The notes below the pieces were generated by a model. The model worked only from the letters and a program-made list of their open reading frames with translations, had not been told where the DNA came from and searched no databases. From contig JBAYGC010000002.1 of assembly GCA_041666845.1 (NCBI GenBank), forward strand, positions 12,499 through 76,498: DNA of 64,000 nt, given 5' to 3'. Below are positions 1 to 9,949 of this stretch, in pieces. The translations under genes were made by a program, and so were the position numbers. Source of the stretch: Patescibacteria group bacterium. Its GTDB lineage: Bacteria > Patescibacteriota > Patescibacteriia > UM-FILTER-42-10. Position 1 is the first letter of the stretch. The number at the start of each line of letters is the position of its first letter.

Positions 1-300
1 CTGCGGCATCAGCAATGTTATTGGCGTATAAGACCCGGCGATTAAGAAATAGATCATCGCGTGGTCTAAACGCTGAAAAATCGTTTTAACTTTTGTCTCC
101 TGCGGAAAGAAGTGATACAGCGTGCTGGTTGTATAAAGAATTATCAGACTGGCGCCGAAAACAGAAACACCGACAACGTGAACCGCTGTTCCTTTCGTTG
201 CCGCAAAAATTACCATCAGAACCAACGCGGCAACCGACAACACCGCCCCGATTAAGTGGGTTAATGCGCTAAGTGGTTCATTTTTCTTATTTGACTTCAT
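1..300 (-). CDS. Hemolysin III family (PAQR) membrane protein, 3'-truncated by window edge
   Basis: Manual translation MKSNKKNEPLSALTHLIGA...STLYH...RLDHAMIYFLIAGSYTP shows hallmark HlyIII motifs. Confidence 0.9.
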   Translation of the reverse strand, partial: MKSNKKNEPLSALTHLIGAVLSVAALVLMVIFAATKGTAVHVVGVSVFGASLIILYTTSTLYHFFPQETKVKTIFQRLDHAMIYFLIAGSYTPITLLMPQ

Positions 301-346
301 ATAGGCTGTTTTTACTGAATTCATTGCGATTTCCTCCCCTTCAAGT

Positions 347-940
347 CTATTGTAGCTTAAATGGTTTGCCGTGACCAGGAACGATATAGTCAGCCCTTTT
401 TAAAACTTTCTCCCGGCTCTTTTTTAAGATCAGCCCGTCATTCAGATACGGGTCTTTCAGATTCAATAGACTCATGCGGTCGGTCTTCTGTTCCTGACAA
501 TCCTCCCACCAGAAAAGATCCGCGACAATCGCTACGTTGCCGAATTCTTCAGTCTTAACAAGCACCGCACAATGATGCTGGTCATGGCCGGGTGTGGGAA
601 TAATTTCGATATCCGTTCCCGGAATTTTACCTTTATGCTCGGTTATTTTACCGTCAAAAGAATAGATAGCTGAGTCATCCATTATTTTTGCGTTTTCAAA
701 TATTCCTGCGAGCAGACAATGATCCAAATGCGTATGGGTCAAGACTACGAAATCAATATCAACCGGCATCAGATCTTCATTATTTAGTGCATCAAGTAAA
801 CGTTCACGATCCATGCCGACATCCACCAGAATATTCAGATCACCCTGGCGAATCAGTGTAACAGAAGACGAAGCGTATTCATCCTCACCTTCCGCCCGCA
901 CATATCCTTGAATTAACACTTTAATATCGTACATATTCAT
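347..940 (-). CDS. MBL-fold metallo-hydrolase
   Basis: THTHLDH motif, TPGH, PGHG. Confidence 0.9.
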   Translation of the reverse strand: MNMYDIKVLIQGYVRAEGEDEYASSSVTLIRQGDLNILVDVGMDRERLLDALNNEDLMPVDIDFVVLTHTHLDHCLLAGIFENAKIMDDSAIYSFDGKITEHKGKIPGTDIEIIPTPGHDQHHCAVLVKTEEFGNVAIVADLFWWEDCQEQKTDRMSLLNLKDPYLNDGLILKKSREKVLKRADYIVPGHGKPFKLQ

Positions 941-1399
941 TTAGAAACTAAATAGACTTGCAACGGTCATTACAACCCCCGCACCTAAAAGACACCCTGC
1001 CATTTTACCGACCGCTGATTTCAGCATTGTGCGCTCCTCCGGTATCAGCTGTTGGCGCAGTTTTTCCGCTGAGCGTCCTTCAAAGATTCCGGCTATCCCA
1101 TCGGTTATCGCATTGCCGACCACCCCGCCCAACACCGCTCCGGCTACCCCGGCAAAATGCCCGCCGAATATCGCCATGATTGCCAGAATTCCGTTATCGA
1201 TCAACCCAAAGATGATATCCGGTTTCAATGTTTTCATTTTTATTTTAAAAGGCACCAAGGAAACTACGCAAAGTGCTGAGAGCAGTATCAGTATTAATCC
1301 TGTCCAACTAGAATTATCAATCGTATAGAAGCTAACAGCACCGATTATGATACATAGCGTTAGTATATTGGCGATTGAAGAGAATGCTTTTTGTGGCAT
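941..1399 (-). CDS. Membrane protein, TMEM65/VIT1-like
   Basis: Hydrophobic; FGLIDN...GNAITDG acidic helix pair; likely start MPQK at 1399. Confidence 0.55.
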   Translation of the reverse strand: MPQKAFSSIANILTLCIIIGAVSFYTIDNSSWTGLILILLSALCVVSLVPFKIKMKTLKPDIIFGLIDNGILAIMAIFGGHFAGVAGAVLGGVVGNAITDGIAGIFEGRSAEKLRQQLIPEERTMLKSAVGKMAGCLLGAGVVMTVASLFSF

Positions 1400-1409
1400 G
1401 GAATAATGA

Positions 1410-1937
1410 TTAATTATATTTAGACGATTTATGAAATTTAGCCATGTATAAAGTGCTATGGAACCTTCCACTAAAAAATACGTCATCTTTTATTTTCCCC
1501 TCTACGACAAATCCCAAAGACTTGTATAATTTAACTGCGGGGACATTATTTTCATAAACATTCAGATATATTTTGTGCAGTTTAAGTTTATTAAACCCAT
1601 AATCAATAATCCACAGCATGGCTTTTTTTCCTATTCCTTTTCCTCTATATTCAGCATCTCCAATGGCAATAAATAAATCGGCATTTTTGCTTTTTTTGGA
1701 TATTTTTGACAACCCCATGAATCCAATTGGCTTAACGTCGTCACAGATTGTGAAAAATCTTTTATTATCAGATTTTTGATATTCTGCAAACCACTTTTTT
1801 TCTTTTTTCAATGTAGTTTCTTCCCATGCTTCGTCACCGGTAAATTTGTTTACTTTATGATCATTCAACCACAAAACACGGTACGCAATATCTTTTGGTA
1901 AATGTTTTCGGATTTTGAGCATATAGTTATTATTCAT
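1410..1937 (-). CDS. GNAT acetyltransferase (RimJ/RimL-like)
   Basis: YRGKGIG, N..A..LY..LGF..EG motifs. Confidence 0.9.
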   Translation of the reverse strand: MNNNYMLKIRKHLPKDIAYRVLWLNDHKVNKFTGDEAWEETTLKKEKKWFAEYQKSDNKRFFTICDDVKPIGFMGLSKISKKSKNADLFIAIGDAEYRGKGIGKKAMLWIIDYGFNKLKLHKIYLNVYENNVPAVKLYKSLGFVVEGKIKDDVFFSGRFHSTLYMAKFHKSSKYN

Positions 1938-1947
1938 CTGAATTTCA

Positions 1948-2427
1948 TTATAGTCCCCACTCAGAGTCAGAATATTTATTTTCTTTTATTAACTTTTCAA
2001 TATCTGCTCTAATATCTTTAACGTCATCTGTGTTAAGAGGTTTTAAATTTTCATAAAATTCCGGTTGCTCTTCTCTATGTGGGAAATTTAATGCTTGACC
2101 GAATTTTTGAATTTTTGCACTTTCTGCCCTTCCATATAAATGAACATGTAAATATGGACCTTCTGGCTTGAATACAGACCAATTACCATTATCTTGGTAA
2201 TTGATCCTCTTAATATCAACCCCGTGTTCATTCATCACTTTTCTCATCGCCTCACCAGTAATAATAGTCAATCTCATCAATTCAATAGCTGCTCTAGGAG
2301 AAAGCTGTTGTCTATCTAAGACTCTGACTTTCGGATATATCTTAATATGACCGCCATCATTTCTATCTACATGAGGTCTCTCTACTGCTTCTACTATAAA
2401 GTTTATTGACTCGTAAATTAATGCCAT
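1948..2427 (-). CDS. HIT-family protein
   Basis: DGGHI and YLHVHLYGR (variant HIT motif). Confidence 0.75.
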   Translation of the reverse strand: MALIYESINFIVEAVERPHVDRNDGGHIKIYPKVRVLDRQQLSPRAAIELMRLTIITGEAMRKVMNEHGVDIKRINYQDNGNWSVFKPEGPYLHVHLYGRAESAKIQKFGQALNFPHREEQPEFYENLKPLNTDDVKDIRADIEKLIKENKYSDSEWGL

Positions 2428-2433
2428 AAATTT

Positions 2434-2979
2434 CTATTTATCATAACTTATAAAAAATAAATTCAAAGCGGCAATAGATATCCCACATTCTATCTTTCCC
2501 TCTATTAACATTTTCATTAATTCAGGCAGGCTTACTTTAACTATATCCAATATCGATTCTTCATCATCTTGCCCACTGGTAGATAGTTTGGACAAATCCA
2601 AATCGGTAGCCAGGTAAACATTAATATATGTAGATTCATGGCCGGGCGCCACAAAGAAACCACCCAGCTTTTTCCATTCTTTTGCTTCTATTCCTGTTTC
2701 TTCCAAAAGTTCCGCCTTTGCTCTTTCCAGCATATCTTCATCACCCGCTGTTCCGGCCGGCAGTTCCAAAATAGCTTTTTGTAAGGCATATCTGAACTGC
2801 TTTACCAGATAGATATTTTCCTCATTATCCAGCGCAATTACAAAGCAACCCTGGTTTTTTTCCAGATATCCATAGATACTTTCCTTACCGTTCGGCATCA
2901 AAACTTGATCCTCATGGACTTTAATCCAAGGATTACTATATACGATTTTTGAATTCAATTTTTTCCAGGTTCTGAGCAT
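2434..2979 (-). CDS. NUDIX hydrolase (ADP-ribose pyrophosphatase-like)
   Basis: QFRY..ELPAG..AKAELLEETG. Confidence 0.9.
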   Translation of the reverse strand: MLRTWKKLNSKIVYSNPWIKVHEDQVLMPNGKESIYGYLEKNQGCFVIALDNEENIYLVKQFRYALQKAILELPAGTAGDEDMLERAKAELLEETGIEAKEWKKLGGFFVAPGHESTYINVYLATDLDLSKLSTSGQDDEESILDIVKVSLPELMKMLIEGKIECGISIAALNLFFISYDK

Positions 2980-3026
2980 TGTTTTTGTTAATTATTTTAG
3001 AAAATGTTTTCTAATTTGATCATATG

Positions 3027-3470
3027 CTAATAACTATCATAGCTTTCATCCTGATCGTTATTTATATCATCACAATAATCAATTAACTCACTGACTTTTC
3101 CAAATTCCTCACTCAACTGATATTCATCCGCACATGCTTTTATCTCATTAACTTTTTTTCTTACATTGGTTTGACCAAATAAATATACAACAACTACTAA
3201 AATAATTGCAGATATTACTTCAGCTTTGTTAATGGCTATATCTAGCTTATCAAATTCCTTTTTTCCTGACATATACGATACAAAATAAAAAACTAAACAA
3301 TACAAGATGAAAGCAACTACTTCCACAGTTAACGCCCAAAATATAGACATGAATATTCTACTTATAAATGAATCATTCTCCCAATATGAAGTAAATGAAT
3401 AAAGAAATACAATAATCACAGGAAGAACTAAAATTAATTGTTCTTTTAATATTTTGATTTTCTTATTCAT
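3027..3470 (-). CDS. Hypothetical membrane protein (~3 TM)
   Basis: Three hydrophobic stretches, acidic tail, very AT-rich. Confidence 0.7.
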   Translation of the reverse strand: MNKKIKILKEQLILVLPVIIVFLYSFTSYWENDSFISRIFMSIFWALTVEVVAFILYCLVFYFVSYMSGKKEFDKLDIAINKAEVISAIILVVVVYLFGQTNVRKKVNEIKACADEYQLSEEFGKVSELIDYCDDINNDQDESYDSY

Positions 3471-3948
3471 TTAATTTATTTAATAAATTAATAAATTCTC
3501 TTTTAGTCATAATCTTTGTATGTAACAACTTCTCCAATTTTTCTCTTTTCTCATAATTTATAAAAGCCTTGTTATCATTAGTTACAAAAATATTTCTCTT
3601 TTCTCTAAAATGGGCTTCTAATATCATTGCATCTCTTAATTGCTTTTTTTGAATAGCAGTTAGATTTTCTCTCTCTATCGGAAAAGATGATGAAGAAATA
3701 ATTTGAATTATATCATTTAATTTATTTTCTTCTCCAGCAAATACCGCATTACCCCACGTTGATTCACCCCAAATTCCTGATTCAAATATTTTTTTTAATT
3801 TTATAATTTCTTTTTCAAACGATGTACCATTAACCTCTCTTTCTGTAACAGATGTATACGCAACTTCAAAATATTGATTTAAAAGTTTTTCATCAATTTC
3901 GCTTAGTGGTAATACATTCGTATCAATTGTTATCTTTTTTCTGTGCAT
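3463..3948 (-). CDS. PIN-domain protein (putative RNase)
   Basis: IDTNV, E in TERE, RDAMI, VTND: the four PIN acidic positions. Confidence 0.7.
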   Translation of the reverse strand: MHRKKITIDTNVLPLSEIDEKLLNQYFEVAYTSVTEREVNGTSFEKEIIKLKKIFESGIWGESTWGNAVFAGEENKLNDIIQIISSSSFPIERENLTAIQKKQLRDAMILEAHFREKRNIFVTNDNKAFINYEKREKLEKLLHTKIMTKREFINLLNKLNE

Positions 3949-4420
3949 CTAGAATTGCAATATAGTTACCTTCTAACATAGCGATTAGCATCATAAGAAT
4001 GTCAGTTATTAATGCACTAGTACTTTTACTATTTGATTTAATTTTTGTATATTTTGTTCCAAACGGTCTTCCAATTAAATCTGCATCTTCTTTAGATATC
4101 TTGTAGTCCATTTTATGGGAACATTTATTTCTAACTTCATTCAAGTGTTTAATTGATATTAGTATATTATTATCTACGAAATCTATTGATTGTACAACAG
4201 TAAGTTTATATGAAAAAGTAAATCTACTATTTGTACTAATAATATCTCCTCTCCTATGTGTTGCAATAATAATTTGATCCAAAAAATACTCAACAATTAA
4301 ATGGCAACGAAGAATTTTAGAAATATCTGGAAATGGCATTTTTATTGCTTCCATGAACTTCTTAAATCCCTCCGAGACGACGGGTGATTTTATAACTTTT
4401 TCATCAGCCCTTTTTTGCAT
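3923..4420 (-). CDS. HEPN-like protein (MtlR-type)
   Basis: H..VE helix, F..K, and the Rx4H motif RNKCSH. Confidence 0.6.
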   Translation of the reverse strand: MQKRADEKVIKSPVVSEGFKKFMEAIKMPFPDISKILRCHLIVEYFLDQIIIATHRRGDIISTNSRFTFSYKLTVVQSIDFVDNNILISIKHLNEVRNKCSHKMDYKISKEDADLIGRPFGTKYTKIKSNSKSTSALITDILMMLIAMLEGNYIAILDAQKKDNN

Positions 4421-4437
4421 AAATGAAAATATAAATT

Positions 4438-5898
4438 TTATAAAATATTCGCTTTTCGAATTCTCTCAATAACCCTCTCCTTCCCCAAAACCCCCGCGAC
4501 TTCAAAAGGACTCGGGGATTTTTCTTCCCCTGTCAAAGCTACGCGGATCGGCCAGAGGATTTCGCCGTTTTTTAATCCTCTTTCTTCGATGAGTTTCATC
4601 AGTCCCTTTTCTATATTCTCCTCGGACCATTCTTTCTCATCCAGACTTTCAAAGAATTCCAAGGCCAATTTTAAATTGGCTTTAATCACTTCTGGATCGG
4701 ATTTTTTCCAGACCAAAAGCGCGGGGTCATAAGAAATGTCGTTGAAAAAGAATTTCACCATATCAGGCAAGTCGGAGAGTTTTTTTATCCGCTCCTGTTC
4801 CAGCACGATTGCTTTCTTCACATATTCTTTGTCGCTGGTATTAATCCCCGCTTTTTCCAAAAACGGCAAGGCAAGTTTCAAAAATTCATCAGGCGAAAGT
4901 TTGCGCAGATATTGGGAATTGATCCAGTCCAGTTTATCCTTGGCGAAAACCGCACCGCCTTTGTGCACACCGCCAATATTAAACACATGAACCATATCAG
5001 GCAGAGTAAACATTTCCTGTTCGGTTTTCGGATTCCAACCGAGGAGTAAGACAAAGTTTAAGATCGCTTCCGGCAGATATCCATCTTCTTTATAGTCATC
5101 TATCGTTACTTTGGTTTTGCGCTTGGAAAGTTTGGTTTTATCTTCATTGAGAATCAGTGGCAGATGCCCGAATTCCGGCACCGGAAAACCCAGCGCCTCG
5201 GTCATCAAAATCTGCTTCGGTGTGTTAGACAAATGATCCTCCCCGCGGATCACGTGAGATATTTTCATCATGTAGTCGTCAATCACTACGGCCAAGTTGT
5301 AGAGCGGGGTTTTCACGTCACGCGCCACAGCAATATCACCAAGCAGTCCAGTGTCAAAAGTAACTTCACCGCGAATCATGTCTTTAAAGGTAATAATCTT
5401 TTCCGGCACGCGGTAGCGGATGATGGAATTCCTTCCTTTTTTTTCGTACGCTTTTTTTTCTTCCTCAGTGAGTTTACAGCATTTTCCACTGTAAACCGGC
5501 GCCACGCCTTTCTCCTCCATCGCTTTTCTTTCCGCCTCCAGTTCTTCTTTACTGCAATAGCAATAATACGCCTTGTCCTCGTCCAGAAGCTGCTTGATGT
5601 ATTTTTCATAAGTAGCGGTTCGTTTGGTCTGGAAATACGGGCCGTATTTGCCTTTTTCTTTGCCGTCCGATGTCGGACCTTCATCCCACTCTATTCCCAG
5701 CCACTCCAGACCATCTATGATCTGCTTGGTGAACCTTTCTTCAGAGCGTTCGAGGTCGGTATCTTCAATCCGCAGGACAAAGGTTCCGCCTTCTCTTTTG
5801 GCGAACAGATAATTGTACAAAGCGGACCTTGCCGTTCCTAAATGCAAGGAGCCGGTTGGTGATGGAGCAATTCGGACTCTGACTTCTTTATTTTTCAT
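4438..5898 (-). CDS. gltX: Glutamate--tRNA ligase
   Basis: APSPTG, HLGT, KLSKR, CYC zinc motif. Confidence 0.98.
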   Translation of the reverse strand: MKNKEVRVRIAPSPTGSLHLGTARSALYNYLFAKREGGTFVLRIEDTDLERSEERFTKQIIDGLEWLGIEWDEGPTSDGKEKGKYGPYFQTKRTATYEKYIKQLLDEDKAYYCYCSKEELEAERKAMEEKGVAPVYSGKCCKLTEEEKKAYEKKGRNSIIRYRVPEKIITFKDMIRGEVTFDTGLLGDIAVARDVKTPLYNLAVVIDDYMMKISHVIRGEDHLSNTPKQILMTEALGFPVPEFGHLPLILNEDKTKLSKRKTKVTIDDYKEDGYLPEAILNFVLLLGWNPKTEQEMFTLPDMVHVFNIGGVHKGGAVFAKDKLDWINSQYLRKLSPDEFLKLALPFLEKAGINTSDKEYVKKAIVLEQERIKKLSDLPDMVKFFFNDISYDPALLVWKKSDPEVIKANLKLALEFFESLDEKEWSEENIEKGLMKLIEERGLKNGEILWPIRVALTGEEKSPSPFEVAGVLGKERVIERIRKANIL

Positions 5899-5933
5899 GC
5901 TGTTTTATTACTTATTTTATTTGTTACTTTTTA

Positions 5934-6046
5934 TGGATTCCCGGGCCCCCGGCCGCCTAACTGCTGTTAGGCAGTGGGGCAGGCAAGTTCGAAGATGACA
6001 CTATTGATTTGTTATTGTTTGTCATTCCCGCGAAGGCGGGAATCCA
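5934..6046. repeat. Inverted pair of REP/dRS3-like palindromes, one with a nested hairpin insert
   Basis: GTCATTCCCGCGAAGGCGGGAATCCA at 6021-6046; opposite-oriented TGGATTCCCG...GATGACA at 5934-6000. Confidence 0.75.
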
Positions 6047-6776
6047 TTATTTTTACCTTAATAACTAAATAACTAAAATGAATTGTTGCGGTAAAAATCC
6101 GCTTAATGCGCCACGGCTGGATAATTAACCGATACAGCCACTCTAATCCCATCTTCCGGATAAATTCCGGTGCACGTTTGATACTGCCGGAGATATAATC
6201 GAACGCTCCGCCGACACCCATCGCCACCTTTACTCCGGTAAAATCAGGAAGGTGCGTAACAATCCATTTTTCCTGCTTCGGCGCTCCCAGCGCAACCAAT
6301 AATATATCCGGGGATTTTTTTCTAATATCTTCCACGAACAAAGCATCATTCATTTTTCCATTTTTGTCATATCCGCTTTCCGCCCCAACTATTTTTAAAT
6401 GCGGATATTTCGTCATCAATTTTTCGGCTGTCTTTTTCGCAATTCCCTTTCCAGCGCCATATAAGTATATTGAATACTCTTCTTGTTCAGCCAGTTCAGC
6501 AACATGCCAGATAAAATCCACACCGGTAATGCGCTGGTCGAGCGAGCGTTTTAAAAACTTAGCGGCAAGCATCAGGCCGAATCCGTCCGGAAGAGCAATC
6601 ACAGCGTTATTTAAAATGTCCCGGAATATTTTATCTTTCTGCGCGCGGACGATAAACTCCGGGTTAGGAGTGACAATATAATTCAAACGCGGAAAGACTA
6701 CGCACTGCTTTACGACATCCAGTGCTTCACGCATATTGATTTTACTGACTTGTACCCCCAATATTTCTTGTTTCAT
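6012..6776 (-). CDS. WecB/TagA/CpsF glycosyltransferase
   Basis: TPNPE, PDG.G, R.TG.D, GAPKQE, GVGGAFD, KRAP, LEWLYRL. Confidence 0.95.
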   Translation of the reverse strand: MKQEILGVQVSKINMREALDVVKQCVVFPRLNYIVTPNPEFIVRAQKDKIFRDILNNAVIALPDGFGLMLAAKFLKRSLDQRITGVDFIWHVAELAEQEEYSIYLYGAGKGIAKKTAEKLMTKYPHLKIVGAESGYDKNGKMNDALFVEDIRKKSPDILLVALGAPKQEKWIVTHLPDFTGVKVAMGVGGAFDYISGSIKRAPEFIRKMGLEWLYRLIIQPWRIKRIFTATIHFSYLVIKVKIMDSRLRGNDKQ

Positions 6777-7351
6777 AATTGATATGATTGCAATACGGAA
6801 TAATTAGGCGAATTGCCGGTCAGATCGCTTTCCATCAGATGCACAGCTGACACATCCCAACTGTCATTAAGTACTACTTTGTTTAATATTTTTTTATGAT
6901 CATCTGACAACGACGAACTGATTCTGCCCAAAGTGATATGAGTTAGAAATGACCGCCGGTCGCCCTGCACAAACGGTAGTTGCGAAACCTCCGAGTCAAT
7001 TGCCCTTTTCAGCTTTGTAAGTTCCGGTGAAACATCCAAATCCGCGCTGATAATTTTCGGCTTGTCTTCAGGAAAGAGGGATATACCATTTAGCCGTAAA
7101 GTAAACGGGTCAAATCCGGACAAAACATTTTCCAACACCTGCTCAATATCATATATCCGGTCATCTGCTTGTGCACCGAAGAATTTCAAAGTAAGGTGCA
7201 GATTTTGTTTTTCCACCCACTTTACCGGGAGCGGGCTGTTTTTCAAGTCCGCAAGCACCCTGCCCAGTAATTTAATTACCTCGCTACTTGGATAAATTGC
7301 TAAAAATGCGCGATATTTCATTGATTCTTTCGTTGTCTCCGGTTGAATCAT
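6773..7351 (-). CDS. thpR: RNA 2',3'-cyclic phosphodiesterase (2H family)
   Basis: Two HxT motifs (HLTL, HITL); start at 7351 or 7321. Confidence 0.9.
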   Translation of the reverse strand: MIQPETTKESMKYRAFLAIYPSSEVIKLLGRVLADLKNSPLPVKWVEKQNLHLTLKFFGAQADDRIYDIEQVLENVLSGFDPFTLRLNGISLFPEDKPKIISADLDVSPELTKLKRAIDSEVSQLPFVQGDRRSFLTHITLGRISSSLSDDHKKILNKVVLNDSWDVSAVHLMESDLTGNSPNYSVLQSYQL

Positions 7352-7404
7352 ATCACATTTTATGATATACTTAAACCTGAAAAAGATTAAAATACACATA
7401 AAAT

Positions 7405-8784
7405 ATGATCAAAAAGCTAGCGGTCCTATCTGTAATATTTTCGCTAATCTTGCCCACTTTTGCACAAGCTTATTCCATCAATATCAATAACATCATAACC
7501 GATACGGAGCTTTTAGATTCGAGCTCTATGTCTCTGACCAGAATTCAGAGTTTTCTGAAAGATAAGGGCAGTTATCTCACCAACTACTCAACTGGAGGAA
7601 AAACTGCGGCAGAAATAATTTTCGATGCTGCTAATTATTATCATATCAACCCAAAATATATACTGGTTAGACTCCAGGTGGAACAAAGTTTAATATATGA
7701 TTCTTCTCCGATGGATACCCAGTTACAAAGAGCAATGGGATATGGTTGTCCGGACGGCGGTAGTTGTAATCCGGAGTATTCAGGCTTCTATAACCAGATC
7801 TACAAATCAGCAGAAGCACTGCAAGGATCTAAATATTTACAGGGTATTAGAGACAGAGGATATACAATTTCCGGCTGGGGGCCTGGAATAACTAAAAAAA
7901 CTTTAGACGAAATTTTTATTACACCAGAAAATGCTGCGACAGCTGTTCTATATACGTATACACCATGGGTCGGCAAATATGGTGGAGGTAATCAACAATG
8001 GGGTGGAACATCTCTGGTTGGAAAGCTTTTCCAAGAATGGTTTATCCGGCACTACATTGACGGCACACTGGTTCAGGCGGAAGGACAGAATGGCGTTTAC
8101 CTGATCAAGAATGGTAAAAAATATCCTTTCCGGAATAAAACCACCCTGCTGGCCAACTACGATCCGAATAAAATTATCATCATCAGTCCGAATGAACTGG
8201 ATGCATATGAACTGGGACCGGACATCCGGTTTCCGGATAATGTTCTGATTCAGTCGCCAAAAGGAACAGTCTATATTATTATTGACGGCGTGAAGCGTGG
8301 CATGTCCTCCAAGGAAGTATTTTCCTATCTGGGTTTCAATCCGGAGGAAGTAATCCCGGCCAGCTGGAGCGAGGTAAATTCCGTGCCGGAAGGTGAACCG
8401 ATTACTACTGATTCCCTCTTCCCGACCGGAATACTTCTGCAGTCCAGACAGACCGGCGGGGTCGGCTATGTGGAAAATGGTATCTGGCACCCGATTATGT
8501 CCAAACAAATTCTACAGTCACGTTTCAGAAACAGAATCCTTACCCCGGTTGACCAGTCGGAGCTGGAAAAATATCCCAAGGGCGATTATGTTAAGTTCAA
8601 AGACGGTGAACTGGTAACTTCCGAACAGACTGGGATTGTTTACGTGATCTCAAACGGGCAAAAAAGACCCTTCCAAAATTCCGATGCATTTATAAGCCTT
8701 GGTTATAATTGGGATAATATAATCTGGACAAATCAAAGATCACTGGACATTCATCCTACAGGGGCTACAATTAAGGTGCAATAA
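7405..8784 (+). CDS. Secreted protein: lysozyme-like N-domain plus four ~58-aa CPR-type repeats
   Basis: Signal peptide; INPK..L..LQ.EQ, GYGCPD, LYTYTP; repeated G.L......VY.I.NG.KR.F. Confidence 0.7.
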   Translation: MIKKLAVLSVIFSLILPTFAQAYSININNIITDTELLDSSSMSLTRIQSFLKDKGSYLTNYSTGGKTAAEIIFDAANYYHINPKYILVRLQVEQSLIYDSSPMDTQLQRAMGYGCPDGGSCNPEYSGFYNQIYKSAEALQGSKYLQGIRDRGYTISGWGPGITKKTLDEIFITPENAATAVLYTYTPWVGKYGGGNQQWGGTSLVGKLFQEWFIRHYIDGTLVQAEGQNGVYLIKNGKKYPFRNKTTLLANYDPNKIIIISPNELDAYELGPDIRFPDNVLIQSPKGTVYIIIDGVKRGMSSKEVFSYLGFNPEEVIPASWSEVNSVPEGEPITTDSLFPTGILLQSRQTGGVGYVENGIWHPIMSKQILQSRFRNRILTPVDQSELEKYPKGDYVKFKDGELVTSEQTGIVYVISNGQKRPFQNSDAFISLGYNWDNIIWTNQRSLDIHPTGATIKVQ

Positions 8785-8802
8785 GCAACTAACCCAAAAG
8801 TT

Positions 8803-9597
8803 ATGTCGCTAATCTTCAGCGCCATTACTCCCCATCCTCCACTGCTTATCCCGAACGTCGGACGGGAGAATTTAACGCGCGTAAAAAAAACCGAACAGGC
8901 ACTGACCAGTTTGGCCAACGACTTATACGCATCCAAACCGGATACAGTAATTATTATTTCGCCACATGCCCCGATTTCCGAGGACACCTTCTTTATCAAT
9001 GCTTGCGAAAAGTTTAACTGCGATTTTGAGGATTTCGGTGATTTTGAGACATCCTTTAGTTTCAAACCGGACCTGGAACTCTCCGCCAATATAAAAATGC
9101 GCACCCAGGATGAAAACATCCCGCTCAACTTGATCTGTGAATCTAAACTGGATCACGGCAGTGCGGTGCCACTATTCTATCTGATGAAAAATCTGAAAGA
9201 AGTTCCGATCGTGCCGATCAGTTTCAGTTTCCTGGATATTAAAACACACTTTGAATTCGGCAAAATTCTTCAGAGAGAGATAATGAAAACCAACAAACGC
9301 GTCGCAGTCATTGCTTCCGGTGACCTTTCCCATGCCATTACTCCCGAAGCACCGGCTGGCTTCAATGAAAAAGGGAAAGAGTTTGATGAAATGGTTGTGG
9401 ACATGTTGAAAAATAAGCAGGAACAAAATATTGTAAAAATGGATCCGAAATTCGTGGAAGAAGCGGCGGAATGCGGCTTTCGGTCAATGGTCATCCTGCT
9501 GGGAATTTTAAAAGGTATTAATTACCGCGCGAATGTTTTGGCGTACGAACATCCGTTCGGCGTCGGCTATCTGACCTGCAATTTTTCACTTGAATAA
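8803..9597 (+). CDS. AmmeMemoRadiSam protein B / LigB-like
   Basis: PHPP, SPH, DHG, SGDLSH, ECG, PFGVGY. Confidence 0.9.
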   Translation: MSLIFSAITPHPPLLIPNVGRENLTRVKKTEQALTSLANDLYASKPDTVIIISPHAPISEDTFFINACEKFNCDFEDFGDFETSFSFKPDLELSANIKMRTQDENIPLNLICESKLDHGSAVPLFYLMKNLKEVPIVPISFSFLDIKTHFEFGKILQREIMKTNKRVAVIASGDLSHAITPEAPAGFNEKGKEFDEMVVDMLKNKQEQNIVKMDPKFVEEAAECGFRSMVILLGILKGINYRANVLAYEHPFGVGYLTCNFSLE

Positions 9598-9633
9598 TCA
9601 AACAAAAAAAGAGCTTACTTACTAAACTCTTTT

Positions 9634-9912
9634 TTATTTTTCTTCCGGTTTCTTCCCCACCAATTTGAAGAAGTATTTCCACTTTTCACCCTCATCTGCC
9701 AGTTCCTTGGTATCTGACACGCATTTCTGGATGAAATATTTATCATGATCCCGACACGCCTTGAATACGGAATTCCTCTTGAAACTGGGTATATGCAGTT
9801 CTTCAATTACCCGCAAAGCTAAGTCCTGCCACTGGTAAGCGGGCGGTTTCTTGCCGGGGACTTTTTTCTTGAATATTTCCCCGATATTTTCCATTTCGGA
9901 TTTTCTTATCAT
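9634..9912 (-). CDS. Small hypothetical protein
   Basis: 92-aa ORF filling the gap, host-like composition. Confidence 0.7.
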   Translation of the reverse strand: MIRKSEMENIGEIFKKKVPGKKPPAYQWQDLALRVIEELHIPSFKRNSVFKACRDHDKYFIQKCVSDTKELADEGEKWKYFFKLVGKKPEEK

Positions 9913-9949
9913 ATTTGCATTATAATATACAATATATAATTTTCACAAA

